Source: Gemmatimonadota bacterium (GTDB lineage Bacteria > Gemmatimonadota > Gemmatimonadetes > Gemmatimonadales > GWC2-71-9). From it: DNA of 64,000 nucleotides. Of the stretch, positions 29,244 through 38,866 are shown piece by piece. How positions within the stretch are numbered: the stretch's first letter is position 1; each line of letters starts with the position of its first letter. The translations under genes and the position numbers were made by a program. The stretch lies in the NCBI GenBank assembly GCA_020351775.1, contig CP070666.1, positions 3,418,658-3,482,657 on the forward strand, read 5' to 3'. Below the pieces are notes generated by a model. The model was not told where the DNA came from, made no database searches, and saw only the letters and a list, made by a program, of their open reading frames with translations.

Positions 29244-30497
29244 ATGGCTGGAATCGTCGTTACCAAGAGTGGTGAGGAACCTGGCGTCAAGACGCTCAAG
29301 GTCGAAGTCCCCGTAGAGCGCGTCGCGAGCGCGGAAGCCAAGGCTGCGTCGTACTACGCCAAACGCGTCAAGCTGCCGGGGTTCCGCAAAGGTAAGATCC
29401 CGCTCGCCGTGATAAAGAAGAAGTATCCCGACGCCATCAGAGAGAACGTTATCCGAGATCTGGTGGAGGAGAGCTGGAAGACTGCACTCGATCAGGAGAA
29501 CCTGGAGCCGATAGCCGAGCCACAGGTCAAGGACCTCAAGATGGAGCCGGGCGCCCCGATCACCTTCCAACTCGCTGTCGCCGTCAAGCCCGAGCTGGAG
29601 TTGACCCGGATAGGAGGGTTCAGGCTCACCCGCAGCATCGCCAAGGTCACGGATGCGATGGTCGAGATACAGCTAGACGACATGCGACGGCAGCGGGCTC
29701 CATGGGCACCGGTCGAGGACGAGAATCCCGTCCCCGGGAACCTCGTCTCCATCACGATCACCCCGCTGGAGGATGGTGCGGCTCAGGAAAGCAAACAGTA
29801 TCAGGTGGTGCTCGGCGAAGGACAGGCTTTACTGGAAATCGAAGAACAAGTGATCCGAATGCGTCCCGGGGAGACCGCCGATGCCCGGGTGCGGTTGCCC
29901 GACGACTTCCCTGACGAGGCTAAGCGGGGAACGCAGCGCAGGATCCGGGTGGACCTCCATGAGATCAAGCGCCAGCTGCTCCCCGACCTGAATGACGAGT
30001 TCGCCCGTGAGGTGGGGGACTTCGATTCGGTCGAGGCGTTGCGCGCCGCAGTGCAGGCGGACCTGGAAGCAGAGGCTCGGAGAGAGGGTGACATGGGCGT
30101 CCGGCAGCAGCTCATCGAGGAGATCCAATCCGCCAATGGTGTCGAGGCGCCGCGTCCGATGGTGCAGCGGGTCATGAGTGCTTTCGCCGATGCATATCAA
30201 GTCCCGGACGACAAACTGGAGCAGTTCGCCTCCGAGTTTGCCCCGGTCGCCGAACGGCAGGTGAAACGCGATCTGATAGTCGACCACGTGGCCGAGAGAG
30301 AAGGCCTCAAGGCGACCGAGGAGGATATCGACGAACGCATCGCCGAAATCGCGAAGCAGAACAAGACCGACCCGGCCAAGGTCTATGCCTCACTCCAGAA
30401 GTCCAAGCGGCTGAACGAGCTGGAGCGGAGCATAACGGACGAAAAGGTGTTCAAGTATTTGATGGAACAGTCGACCATAACAGACAAAACCACCTAA
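29244..30497 (+). CDS. tig: trigger factor
   Basis: N-terminal ribosome-binding signature GFRKGKIP. PPIase-like middle and helical C-terminal domains. Conserved tig-clpP-clpX order. Confidence 0.95.
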   Translation: MAGIVVTKSGEEPGVKTLKVEVPVERVASAEAKAASYYAKRVKLPGFRKGKIPLAVIKKKYPDAIRENVIRDLVEESWKTALDQENLEPIAEPQVKDLKMEPGAPITFQLAVAVKPELELTRIGGFRLTRSIAKVTDAMVEIQLDDMRRQRAPWAPVEDENPVPGNLVSITITPLEDGAAQESKQYQVVLGEGQALLEIEEQVIRMRPGETADARVRLPDDFPDEAKRGTQRRIRVDLHEIKRQLLPDLNDEFAREVGDFDSVEALRAAVQADLEAEARREGDMGVRQQLIEEIQSANGVEAPRPMVQRVMSAFADAYQVPDDKLEQFASEFAPVAERQVKRDLIVDHVAEREGLKATEEDIDERIAEIAKQNKTDPAKVYASLQKSKRLNELERSITDEKVFKYLMEQSTITDKTT

Positions 30498-30509
30498 CTA
30501 CCGAGTACG

Positions 30510-31124
30510 ATGCCGACAATTTATCCACCCTATGTTATCGAACGGTCTACCCGTGGCGAGCGCAGCTACGACATCTTCTCCCGTTTGCTCATGGATAGGA
30601 TCGTGTTCCTGGGCACGCCGATCGACGATGACGTATCTAACATAGTCATCGCCCAGCTTCTCTTCTTGGAAGCCGACAATCCCGAGCGAGACATCTATCT
30701 GTACATCAACTCGCCCGGGGGCGTGATTTCGAGCGCGCTCGCGATATACGATACCATGCAGCATATCCAGGCGCCGGTGAACACGATCTGCATGGGGATG
30801 GCTGCCTCTGCCGGTTCCTTCCTGCTGGCAGCCGGGGCCGCCAACAAGCGTGCTGCGCTTCCCAACGCCCGGATCATGATGCACCAACCCTCAGGCGGCG
30901 CACAAGGAACCGCCGCGGATATCGAGATCGTGGCCAAGGAGATCCTGTACGCGCGGCAGAAGCTGAACGAACTGTACGCAGAACACACCGGGCAGTCGGT
31001 CGAAACGATCGAACGTGATATGGACCGCGACACTTTCATGTCGGCCCACGAGGCCAAGGATTACGGCATCATCGACAAGGTGATTCAGCACCGGTCCGAG
31101 CTGGAAGGGAAGAAAACGTCTTGA
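30510..31124 (+). CDS. clpP: ATP-dependent Clp protease proteolytic subunit
   Basis: [14 protein letters not shown], catalytic [11 protein letters not shown] and MMHQP. Confidence 0.97.
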   Translation: MPTIYPPYVIERSTRGERSYDIFSRLLMDRIVFLGTPIDDDVSNIVIAQLLFLEADNPERDIYLYINSPGGVISSALAIYDTMQHIQAPVNTICMGMAASAGSFLLAAGAANKRAALPNARIMMHQPSGGAQGTAADIEIVAKEILYARQKLNELYAEHTGQSVETIERDMDRDTFMSAHEAKDYGIIDKVIQHRSELEGKKTS

Positions 31125-31172
31125 CGACCGGACCTGGCAGACGCATACTTTGCCCGGACGAGACCTGATCTA

Positions 31173-32423
31173 ATGCCTCAGGATAAACACCTCCGTTGCT
31201 CCTTTTGCGGCAAGTCCAAGGATGCCGTCCGGAAGTTCATTTCCGGACCGTCGGTGTACATCTGTAACGAGTGCATAGCCCTCTGCAACGAGATCCTTGC
31301 CGAGGACGAAGAACGGGAGGTTGCGGAGGCCATCACCCAGGTTCCGACACCGGCCGAAATCAAGGAGGTGTTAGATCAGTACGTAATCGGGCAGGAACAA
31401 GCCAAGAAGACCCTTTCCGTAGCGGTGTATAGCCACTACAAGCGAATCAACTCACAATCGGTGCGCACGAGCGACGTGGAGTTGGAGAAGTCCAATATCT
31501 TGTTGCTGGGTCCCACCGGTGTGGGCAAGACACTTCTCGCCGAGACTTTGGCGCGGATACTCGACGTTCCCTTCACGATCGCCGATGCAACTACTCTGAC
31601 TGAAGCGGGTTACGTAGGTGAGGACGTAGAGAACATCCTGGTTCGGTTGCTCCAAGCTGGTGATTTCAACGTCAGCGAGTGCGAGCATGGGATCGTCTAC
31701 ATCGACGAGCTCGACAAGATAGCCCGCAAGAGCGAAAACCCCAGCATCACGCGCGACGTCTCCGGTGAGGGTGTGCAGCAGGCGCTGTTGAAGATACTGG
31801 AGGGGACGGTGGCATCGGTGCCGCCTCAGGGTGGCCGCAAGCATCCGCAGCAGGAGTACATCCAAATAGATACACGGAATATTCTGTTCATCTGCGGCGG
31901 CGCCTTCGATGCGCTGGACAAAATCATCGAGACTCGCACCGGCCGCAAACGCATCGGGTTTAGCAAGGAAGAGCTCGAGGCCGGCAAGGCAGAGCTGCTC
32001 GAACGAAATCCGTATCACGACGTCGAGCCGGACGACCTGCTCCGTTACGGCCTGATCCCGGAGCTGGTAGGCCGACTTCCGGTGATGGTGTCGCTCGAAT
32101 CGCTCGATGAAGAGGCTCTCATTCGGATCCTGCTGGAGCCGAAGAACGCGCTCACGAAGCAATACAAGAAGCTATTCGAGTTGGAGCAGGTAGGCCTGAC
32201 ATTCGATCCCGAGGCCCTGAAGGCCGTGGCAGAGCGGACTATCAAGCGGGGTACCGGAGCGCGCGGGCTACGCGCTATCTTGGAAGAGACTATGACGGAC
32301 ATCATGTTCGAGCTCCCCAGCCGGGATGACGTCCGCGAGGTAGTAATCACCAAGGAATGTGTGACCGAAAGCCGATCCCCACTATTGGTAACGGAGCGCA
32401 CGCGGAAGAAGAAAGAGGCCTGA
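31173..32423 (+). CDS. clpX: ATP-dependent Clp protease ATP-binding subunit ClpX
   Basis: N-terminal zinc-binding CSFCGK...CNEC. Walker A GPTGVGKT and Walker [10 protein letters not shown]. Confidence 0.97.
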   Translation: MPQDKHLRCSFCGKSKDAVRKFISGPSVYICNECIALCNEILAEDEEREVAEAITQVPTPAEIKEVLDQYVIGQEQAKKTLSVAVYSHYKRINSQSVRTSDVELEKSNILLLGPTGVGKTLLAETLARILDVPFTIADATTLTEAGYVGEDVENILVRLLQAGDFNVSECEHGIVYIDELDKIARKSENPSITRDVSGEGVQQALLKILEGTVASVPPQGGRKHPQQEYIQIDTRNILFICGGAFDALDKIIETRTGRKRIGFSKEELEAGKAELLERNPYHDVEPDDLLRYGLIPELVGRLPVMVSLESLDEEALIRILLEPKNALTKQYKKLFELEQVGLTFDPEALKAVAERTIKRGTGARGLRAILEETMTDIMFELPSRDDVREVVITKECVTESRSPLLVTERTRKKKEA

Positions 32424-33022
32424 ACTCCGTCTCCTTTGTCGGCAGCTTTCCGTCTGCCGATTTCGCAGTCCAACCTGCCTTGCCGGAAATAGCCTTCCTT
32501 GGCAGGTCCAATGTCGGTAAATCGTCACTGCTTAACCGTTTGATCAATCGGCGTTCTCTGGCCCAGACCAGCAAGACGCCGGGCAAGACGCGGTGGTGTA
32601 ACGTGTACTCCGCGAGTGGCCGATTCTACCTAGTCGATCTGCCCGGCTACGGATTTGCACGGATCTCCAAGGCGGAACGCTCCGGTTTCTCGCGCCTGAT
32701 CAACGACTATCTTTCATCCAGAGAGAACCTCGCGGGAGTGGTCTGGTTACTCGATATCCGCCGGGAGCCATCCGCCGAAGACCTGAATGTCGCGAACCTT
32801 TTGGCAACGCGAGGGGTTCCAGTGCTAGTGGCGGTAACCAAGGCGGACAAGGTGAGCCGCGGACGCCGGCCGCAGCGGATCAAAGAGATCCTCGCCTCTA
32901 CCGGAGTGGCTGAGGATCAGTGCGTAGTCACAAGCGCGCGAACGCGAGAGGGGACCGCCGATTTGCAGGAATCTGTGCTCGCACTCGTGCGGCAGGCCGG
33001 CCCAGGGCAGCGTGACAGTTAG
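32357..33022 (+). CDS. engB: ribosome biogenesis GTP-binding protein YsxC/EngB
   Basis: G1 [18 protein letters not shown] and TKADK. The tracked ATG overlaps clpX by 67 nt, so the true start may be an internal non-ATG codon. Confidence 0.85.
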   Translation: MCDRKPIPTIGNGAHAEEERGLNSVSFVGSFPSADFAVQPALPEIAFLGRSNVGKSSLLNRLINRRSLAQTSKTPGKTRWCNVYSASGRFYLVDLPGYGFARISKAERSGFSRLINDYLSSRENLAGVVWLLDIRREPSAEDLNVANLLATRGVPVLVAVTKADKVSRGRRPQRIKEILASTGVAEDQCVVTSARTREGTADLQESVLALVRQAGPGQRDS

Positions 33023-33031
33023 GGCAACAAC

Positions 33032-33691
33032 ATGGGGACAAGAGTCGCACATCGTGTCATAGCGTACATGCTAGCGGTGGTGACCGCCGTTGCGACGGTG
33101 CCACCGGGACCCCTTTGTGCCCAGGATACCCTGGCAGCCCCAACCGCCGGCGACCTGCCACCCGCGGGTTACGGGACCCTGGGTCAAGAGGACATCAGCA
33201 TCACACTGATAGGTAGTGACTTCACCGTCGGCCTAATCCCGCTGGACGAGGGGGTGATTCGCCTGCTCCGCCCGGACACATACAACTCGATGCGTCGCCT
33301 GAGACAGTCGAAAGACGATGAGATTGACCGCGTGGCTCGTGATTACGGCATCAGGGAGCCAGCGATCTTCTTCGTGTCATTCTTCGGCAAGGGACCGCAG
33401 GCTCGCTTCAATCCCGAGGCCCTCACGATCACGGGGCAGAACCGCTCCTTCAGACCGGTCGCGATCCTGGCAAACTCGCGGGCCTTTAGTGACAGACAAC
33501 TCAATCAACGCGAGACTGCGACCGCCATCTACATCTACGAAGATGGAATCAGATTAGCCGATCCGTTCACCCTCTCCTATGAGGGAGATAGCTCCAACCA
33601 GTGGGAGGTCATACTCCGCACCCTCGAGCGCGAGAGGGCCGCAGCAGAGGCACGCGCGGCCGCTCTGAAGAAGCCCCGGATTCCAGCTTGA
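33032..33691 (+). CDS. hypothetical secreted protein
   Basis: 219 aa. N-terminal hydrophobic signal-like segment. No recognised domain. Ala/Arg-rich C-terminal helix. Confidence 0.5.
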   Translation: MGTRVAHRVIAYMLAVVTAVATVPPGPLCAQDTLAAPTAGDLPPAGYGTLGQEDISITLIGSDFTVGLIPLDEGVIRLLRPDTYNSMRRLRQSKDDEIDRVARDYGIREPAIFFVSFFGKGPQARFNPEALTITGQNRSFRPVAILANSRAFSDRQLNQRETATAIYIYEDGIRLADPFTLSYEGDSSNQWEVILRTLERERAAAEARAAALKKPRIPA

Positions 33692-33755
33692 AGGCGCTCT
33701 TCCGTCACAGGCGACAAGCCCAACGCACCGCCCGAGTTGGAGAGTGGTGACCAGC

Positions 33756-36197
33756 TCAATTGTCGCGGACAGCGTTGCCACGCTTGCTTCTACTCAGCAC
33801 CGCTTGCAGGCGGGCCGACAGAGCCCTGGCCCGGAATGGCTTCGACAGGAAGTCGTCCGCACCCATTTCGAAGACCCGCACCTCGTTGTCTTCGTCACCT
33901 TGAGCCGTGAGAACGACGACTGGAATACCAACCGTGGCGGGGCGCGACCGCAGGTGCGACAGCACTCCGTAGCCGTCTAGTCCCGGGAGGTTGAGGTCGA
34001 GCACGATGATGTCGGGCGCGTGTCGGTCTATCTGATCCAGCGCCTCAACTCCATCCCGGGCTTCCGTGACAGCGTAGCCGTCGCGCTCCAACAGATCACG
34101 CATCACTCGTCGCAGCTGGTCTTCATCGTCCACCAACAGGACCTTGGCTTCCGCTACACCGGTGGCAGCCCCGTCGACGGGCTCGAGCAGCTCGAAGCTC
34201 CCATCCAGGGAGTGGCCCCGCTCGGGAGTCCGGCGCGGCGGCGTCTCGACCGCTGCGGCTGCCTCGCCGCCCTCGGCACCGCTGTCAGAGCCGGCCTTGG
34301 GACGCCCCGTTTCCGGCTTCTTCTCCCGCTGCCTGACGGACGCGTCATCCGCCTGGGGCACATCGACCACACGCAGCAGCTCGTCGATGGTCGAGTCGCC
34401 GCGCAGCACGTGCGCCAACCCGCTGTCCCACAAGGTCCGCATACCTCCGTCCCGGGCTGCGTCGGAGATCTTGTCTGCCGTAGCTCCGGCACTGACCAAC
34501 TTCTCCACCGCCGGAGTGATCCGCAGGATCTCGGCAATCGAGAACCGGCCCCGGTATCCGGTCATGGCACATTCGGGGCATCCGGTCGCCCGGTAGAGCG
34601 GTGAGCCGTCGGGAATCCAACGCTGCAACTTGCGCGGAATCGGCTCTACCCAGACTTCCTTGCAAGTTGGGCACAGCGTCCGCATGAGGCGCTGGGCCAC
34701 GACACCCCGGAGAGCCGAAGCGATTTTGAAGCTCTCGAGACCGATATCGACTAGTCGCGTGACCGCATTGGGCGCATCGTTGGTATGGAGAGTGGAGAGC
34801 ACCAAGTGGCCCGTCAGAGACGCCTGCACGGCGATTTGGGCCGTTTCCCTATCACGCACCTCACCGACCAGCACCACGTCTGGATCCTGTCGCAGGATGG
34901 ACCTCAGGGCCGATGCGAAATTGAGTCCCGCCTTCTCGTTGACCTGCACCTGCACGATCCCGGGGATACGGTACTCGACTGGGTCCTCCACGGTGACGAT
35001 GTTCACACCCTCGCTCTGCACGTAACGGATGGCGGAATAGAGAGTCGTGGTCTTGCCCGAGCCCGTGGGACCTGTCACTAGGACAATGCCGTCTCGATTG
35101 TCGAGCAGCTCGCGAACTTGGTCGGCCTCGCCCTCACTGAGGCCGAGCGAATCCAAGGAGAGCACGGTCTGCGACGTGTCGAGGACACGTACCACCACCT
35201 TCTCTCCGAGGGATGCGGGCAACGTCGATACGCGGAGGTCGACCGGCACACCATTTACGGCTACCCGGGCTCGACCGTCTTGCGGCCTGAGGCGATCGGC
35301 GATGTCCATGCCGGAGATGATCTTGATGCGCGAGATGACCGGTAGTCCGGCGGCACGCGGGATCTTCATGTGTTCCCGCAGCACTCCATCGATCCGGTAG
35401 CGAACGGCGATCCCGCCCTCTTCGGGCTCGATGTGGATGTCGCTCGCCCGCGCCAGTATGCCCTCCGAGAAGATCAAATCGACCAGTCGTACGACGGGCC
35501 GCTGCGAGGCCTCTTCTTCGGAGATCGAAAGTTCGTCAGTGAGGTCCTGGGCATCCTCCAGCTGCATAACCTCGTATTCGCTGCCCCCAAAACCCTCGAT
35601 CAACTGCTCGAGCACGTTCTCCGGCTGGTACATCTCGTCAATCTTCTGCTGGATCTTCGCTGGGCTGGCGAGCACGACCCGCACCTCACGGCCCGTGGCA
35701 AACGCCAGGGTCTTCTCGCAGTCCAAGTCAAACGGATTCGATGAGGCGATTTCCAGATAGGAATCGGTGATGCGGACCGGCAGAATGTGATACTGACGTG
35801 CCACTTGCTCCGGCACAGTGTCCAGCGCAGACCGCTCCACGAACGATACGTCCGCCAGCTTGAGCCTGAACCTACGGGAGAGTGCACTGAGAAGCTGCTC
35901 GTCGGTCACATCCTCGGACGCCACCACGGTTTCCCACAGTGAGCCCTCAGCTGCGTCACTGTTGCGGAGTTCTTCGAGTCGGCTGGCTCCAACCAGTTCC
36001 TCGACGGTCGCCGCGAGCCACTCATCTCTGAACTGCGTTACGATTCCTCCGTGGGCTGCGTTCCGTAAACCACTACAATGGTACAAGATAGGTACATGGT
36101 TACCGCTCCGCCAGACATACGAGGCATCCGCCGTAGCGCCCGCGCCTCCCCCTGGTCCAATCGCGGCGCCCTGGAACCATCGAGGTCCCTGCCTCAC
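33756..36197 (-). CDS. GspE/PilB-family type II secretion / type IV pilus ATPase fused to a C-terminal response-regulator receiver domain
   Basis: T2SSE_N-like N-terminus. Walker A GPTGSGKTTT, Asp box and Walker B, His box LSTLHTND, tetracysteine CPTC...CPEC. Then a ~75-aa low-complexity linker and a full REC domain (KVLLVDDE...DIIVLDLNLPGLDG...LTAQGD...KPF). The N-terminal ~50 codons have poor codon bias, so the start is uncertain. Confidence 0.85.
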   Translation of the reverse strand: MRQGPRWFQGAAIGPGGGAGATADASYVWRSGNHVPILYHCSGLRNAAHGGIVTQFRDEWLAATVEELVGASRLEELRNSDAAEGSLWETVVASEDVTDEQLLSALSRRFRLKLADVSFVERSALDTVPEQVARQYHILPVRITDSYLEIASSNPFDLDCEKTLAFATGREVRVVLASPAKIQQKIDEMYQPENVLEQLIEGFGGSEYEVMQLEDAQDLTDELSISEEEASQRPVVRLVDLIFSEGILARASDIHIEPEEGGIAVRYRIDGVLREHMKIPRAAGLPVISRIKIISGMDIADRLRPQDGRARVAVNGVPVDLRVSTLPASLGEKVVVRVLDTSQTVLSLDSLGLSEGEADQVRELLDNRDGIVLVTGPTGSGKTTTLYSAIRYVQSEGVNIVTVEDPVEYRIPGIVQVQVNEKAGLNFASALRSILRQDPDVVLVGEVRDRETAQIAVQASLTGHLVLSTLHTNDAPNAVTRLVDIGLESFKIASALRGVVAQRLMRTLCPTCKEVWVEPIPRKLQRWIPDGSPLYRATGCPECAMTGYRGRFSIAEILRITPAVEKLVSAGATADKISDAARDGGMRTLWDSGLAHVLRGDSTIDELLRVVDVPQADDASVRQREKKPETGRPKAGSDSGAEGGEAAAAVETPPRRTPERGHSLDGSFELLEPVDGAATGVAEAKVLLVDDEDQLRRVMRDLLERDGYAVTEARDGVEALDQIDRHAPDIIVLDLNLPGLDGYGVLSHLRSRPATVGIPVVVLTAQGDEDNEVRVFEMGADDFLSKPFRARALSARLQAVLSRSKRGNAVRDN

Positions 36198-36254
36198 CTG
36201 GCTGGGCGCCAGGCGCGCGGCCAGTTGCCCAGAGTATACCCCAGATCCGCCGCT

Positions 36255-36610
36255 TCACATCGAACAGAATTCCGCGGTCGGACACCAAGAGATCATGGCC
36301 GACAGAGTGCGCCATCCCCGGCCCGGTTCTGAGCCACGAGGAACATCGCGCAGTTCCTCGTAGTGGCCCAGGCCGACGCGATCACCGAAGCTCTCGGTGA
36401 TAATCCCGAAGCAGTCACTGTGACGACGGATATTGGCCGATAGAACAGCCGCCAGCGCCACTCGATCATGCGTTGCTTGCTGATCTCCGGAGCGTTCCAG
36501 TAAACTTCGAGTTGCAGTTGATCTGATATCATCAATCTCGGTGGATCGTCCAGTTCTCCAAGCTGCCCGAAGAAGAACAAGAAGCCATGAGCCCTGGCCC
36601 GGAAATCCAT
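36255..36610 (-). other. possible decayed ORF split over two reading frames in a lower-GC patch
   Basis: Frame B (from 36610) reads MDFR...LEVYWNAPEISKQRMIEWRW. Frame A (to 36255) reads ...DCFGIITESFGDRVGLGHYEEL...CSM with better GC3. No family recognised. Confidence 0.2.
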
Positions 36611-37276
36611 GAGACCACTGTCGTCCGTGACTGTAGCTCACCGCTCCACGGCGTGCCTCACGACCGTCAGTATCGAGTCACCGTTCCGATCCTGGGCGCG
36701 CTGAGCGCTGCTCTCGCCATGGTCACGGGTGGTTGCTCCGACCTGACCATGCCGGGCGACACCCTGCTGGGGACCGACGAGCTGCTGATCCTCGCGATGC
36801 AGGCCGAAGCGCCACAACCGTTATCCACCAGCTTCTGGGTCTACAATTCTCGACAGACGGTGCAACGCCTATCACACCCGGATGCCCAGCTGATTCCGTT
36901 TCTTGAGCTGACGTTCCCAGGTGGATGCTTGGCAAGTCTCAACGGCAACCCCTTAGCTGGCAACGATTCCGCACTGGTGACAGTAGATCCTTGGCACCGG
37001 CAGTACGGCTTCACGCTATCGCCACCGGGACTGTCGTTTAACGCAAGTAGTCCGCTGACGGCGAAGTTCTTCTTCGGGTTCTACGCCGATGCCAGCGTCG
37101 CGGACCAGTCAGGCAAGTACGTCAGTCAACGCGAGTATGCGGCGGCACTCGAGATCTGGCATGAGATCACGGTTGCGCAGTGGCAGACAGCGAAGGGCTC
37201 GGGACCGGCGGGCATCGATGCCGTCGCCGCGACGGTTGCCGCTACCGGAGATTACGTGCTCGCGGCCCCCCGATGA
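36587..37276 (+). CDS. hypothetical lipoprotein
   Basis: Lipobox-like LAMVTGGCS. 229 aa with no recognised domain. Its stop overlaps the trpE ATG (ATGA). Confidence 0.55.
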   Translation: MSPGPEIHETTVVRDCSSPLHGVPHDRQYRVTVPILGALSAALAMVTGGCSDLTMPGDTLLGTDELLILAMQAEAPQPLSTSFWVYNSRQTVQRLSHPDAQLIPFLELTFPGGCLASLNGNPLAGNDSALVTVDPWHRQYGFTLSPPGLSFNASSPLTAKFFFGFYADASVADQSGKYVSQREYAAALEIWHEITVAQWQTAKGSGPAGIDAVAATVAATGDYVLAAPR

Positions 37277-38766
37277 TCAGCCCCTCCACCTTCGACGGCT
37301 ACCGCACCCTGGCTCGGCACGGCGGCATAGTGCCTGTGGTTCGCGAGTTCGCCGCCGATACCCTCACTCCTGTGACAGCGTATGCTGCCGTGGCGCGACC
37401 ACCATTCGGTTTCTTGCTGGAGTCCCTGGTGGGGGGAGAGCGTTGGGCCCGGTACACCTTCCTCGGGACGGAGCCCAGTGAGGCCTGGCGCTACAGTCAT
37501 GGACTGGCCGACCGCTGGACGCCGGGCGCAGGTTGGGAACAGGCGGGACACTGCCCCAACCCCCTCGCGCACATCGCCGGCAGACTGAGGCCCCTGCGAG
37601 GCGTAGCGGTCCCGGGATTGCCGCGGTTTGCGGGTGGGGCAGTGGGTTACCTCGCGTACGATGTCGTGCGGGCGATAGAGTCGCTTCCCGGCGGGCCAGC
37701 CGACGACTTGGAACTGCCGGACGCCGCCTTCATGATTGCCGACACAGTGGTGATCATCGACAACGCATTTGGGCGGGCCATCGCGCTGGCCAACACGCAT
37801 CTAGCGCCCGGCGCTTCACACGCAGAGCTGCGCCAGGAATACGACCGAGCTCTGGGCCGGATCGAGAGCCTCCTGGAGAGGTTGCGCGGGCCACCTCGGC
37901 TGGAGCCGCTGAGCCTCGAAGAAGTCCGGGCGCTCCCATCTGAGAGTCAGTACTCGCGGGAGGCCTTCGAGCGTGGAGTGTCACAGATCAAGCAGCACAT
38001 TGCTGCAGGTGATGTATATCAGGCCGTATTGTCGAGGCGGCAGGATGTGACCGTGGATGCAGATCCCCTCACTGTCTACCGGTCGCTACGCGTCCTGAAT
38101 CCCGCCCCGTACCTCTACTTCCTGACACTAGACGATTTCACGATTGCGGGGAGCTCACCGGAGGTTCTCGTGCGTGTCGAAGACGGCGAGATCACGGTGA
38201 GGCCAATTGCTGGGACTCGGCCTCGTGGATCCGATCCGGACCAGGATGACCGTTTGGCGCTCGAGCTCTTGGCCGATGAGAAGGAACTCGCCGAGCATGC
38301 GATGTTGGTGGACTTGGGCAGGAACGATGTGGGGCGCGTGGCGGAGTACGGTTCGGTTCGTCTCACGGTGAACCGCACAATCGAGAGATACTCACACGTG
38401 CAACACATCGTCAGTGAGGTACGCGGACGCCTGCGTCCCAATCTCGACGCTGTGGACGCGCTGCAGGCCTGCTTCCCGGCCGGCACCGTCACGGGTGCCC
38501 CCAAGGTGCGTGCCATGCAGCTGTTGGATGGTATGGAGCCGACGCGGCGCGGTCCCTACGCGGGGGCGGTGTGTCACATCGGCTGGGGAGTCGTTAACCT
38601 CGACACGGCTATCACCATCCGGACGGCTCTGCTTCGCGGCACGAAGGCTTATGTGCAGGCGGGAGCGGGGATAGTGGCCGACAGCGATCCGGCGCGGGAG
38701 TTCGAAGAGACGGAGAACAAGGCGGGGGCAGTACTGCGGGCTCTCGCCCTGGCCGCTAGACGTTAG
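37273..38766 (+). CDS. trpE: anthranilate synthase component I
   Basis: LESL..GERWARY (Trp feedback region). Chorismate-binding C-terminal motifs GTRPRG, NPAPYLYF, GAVCHIGW and AGAGIVADS. Confidence 0.92.
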   Translation: MISPSTFDGYRTLARHGGIVPVVREFAADTLTPVTAYAAVARPPFGFLLESLVGGERWARYTFLGTEPSEAWRYSHGLADRWTPGAGWEQAGHCPNPLAHIAGRLRPLRGVAVPGLPRFAGGAVGYLAYDVVRAIESLPGGPADDLELPDAAFMIADTVVIIDNAFGRAIALANTHLAPGASHAELRQEYDRALGRIESLLERLRGPPRLEPLSLEEVRALPSESQYSREAFERGVSQIKQHIAAGDVYQAVLSRRQDVTVDADPLTVYRSLRVLNPAPYLYFLTLDDFTIAGSSPEVLVRVEDGEITVRPIAGTRPRGSDPDQDDRLALELLADEKELAEHAMLVDLGRNDVGRVAEYGSVRLTVNRTIERYSHVQHIVSEVRGRLRPNLDAVDALQACFPAGTVTGAPKVRAMQLLDGMEPTRRGPYAGAVCHIGWGVVNLDTAITIRTALLRGTKAYVQAGAGIVADSDPAREFEETENKAGAVLRALALAARR

Positions 38767-38866
38767 CGCCGTAACTGGGCGGCGCATATATTCTTGCCGC
38801 AGCGAATTACATCCCTGGTTCGCTGCCGCGTCACCCTGCTGGGCGAGTGACACCTAGCGCGATTCG

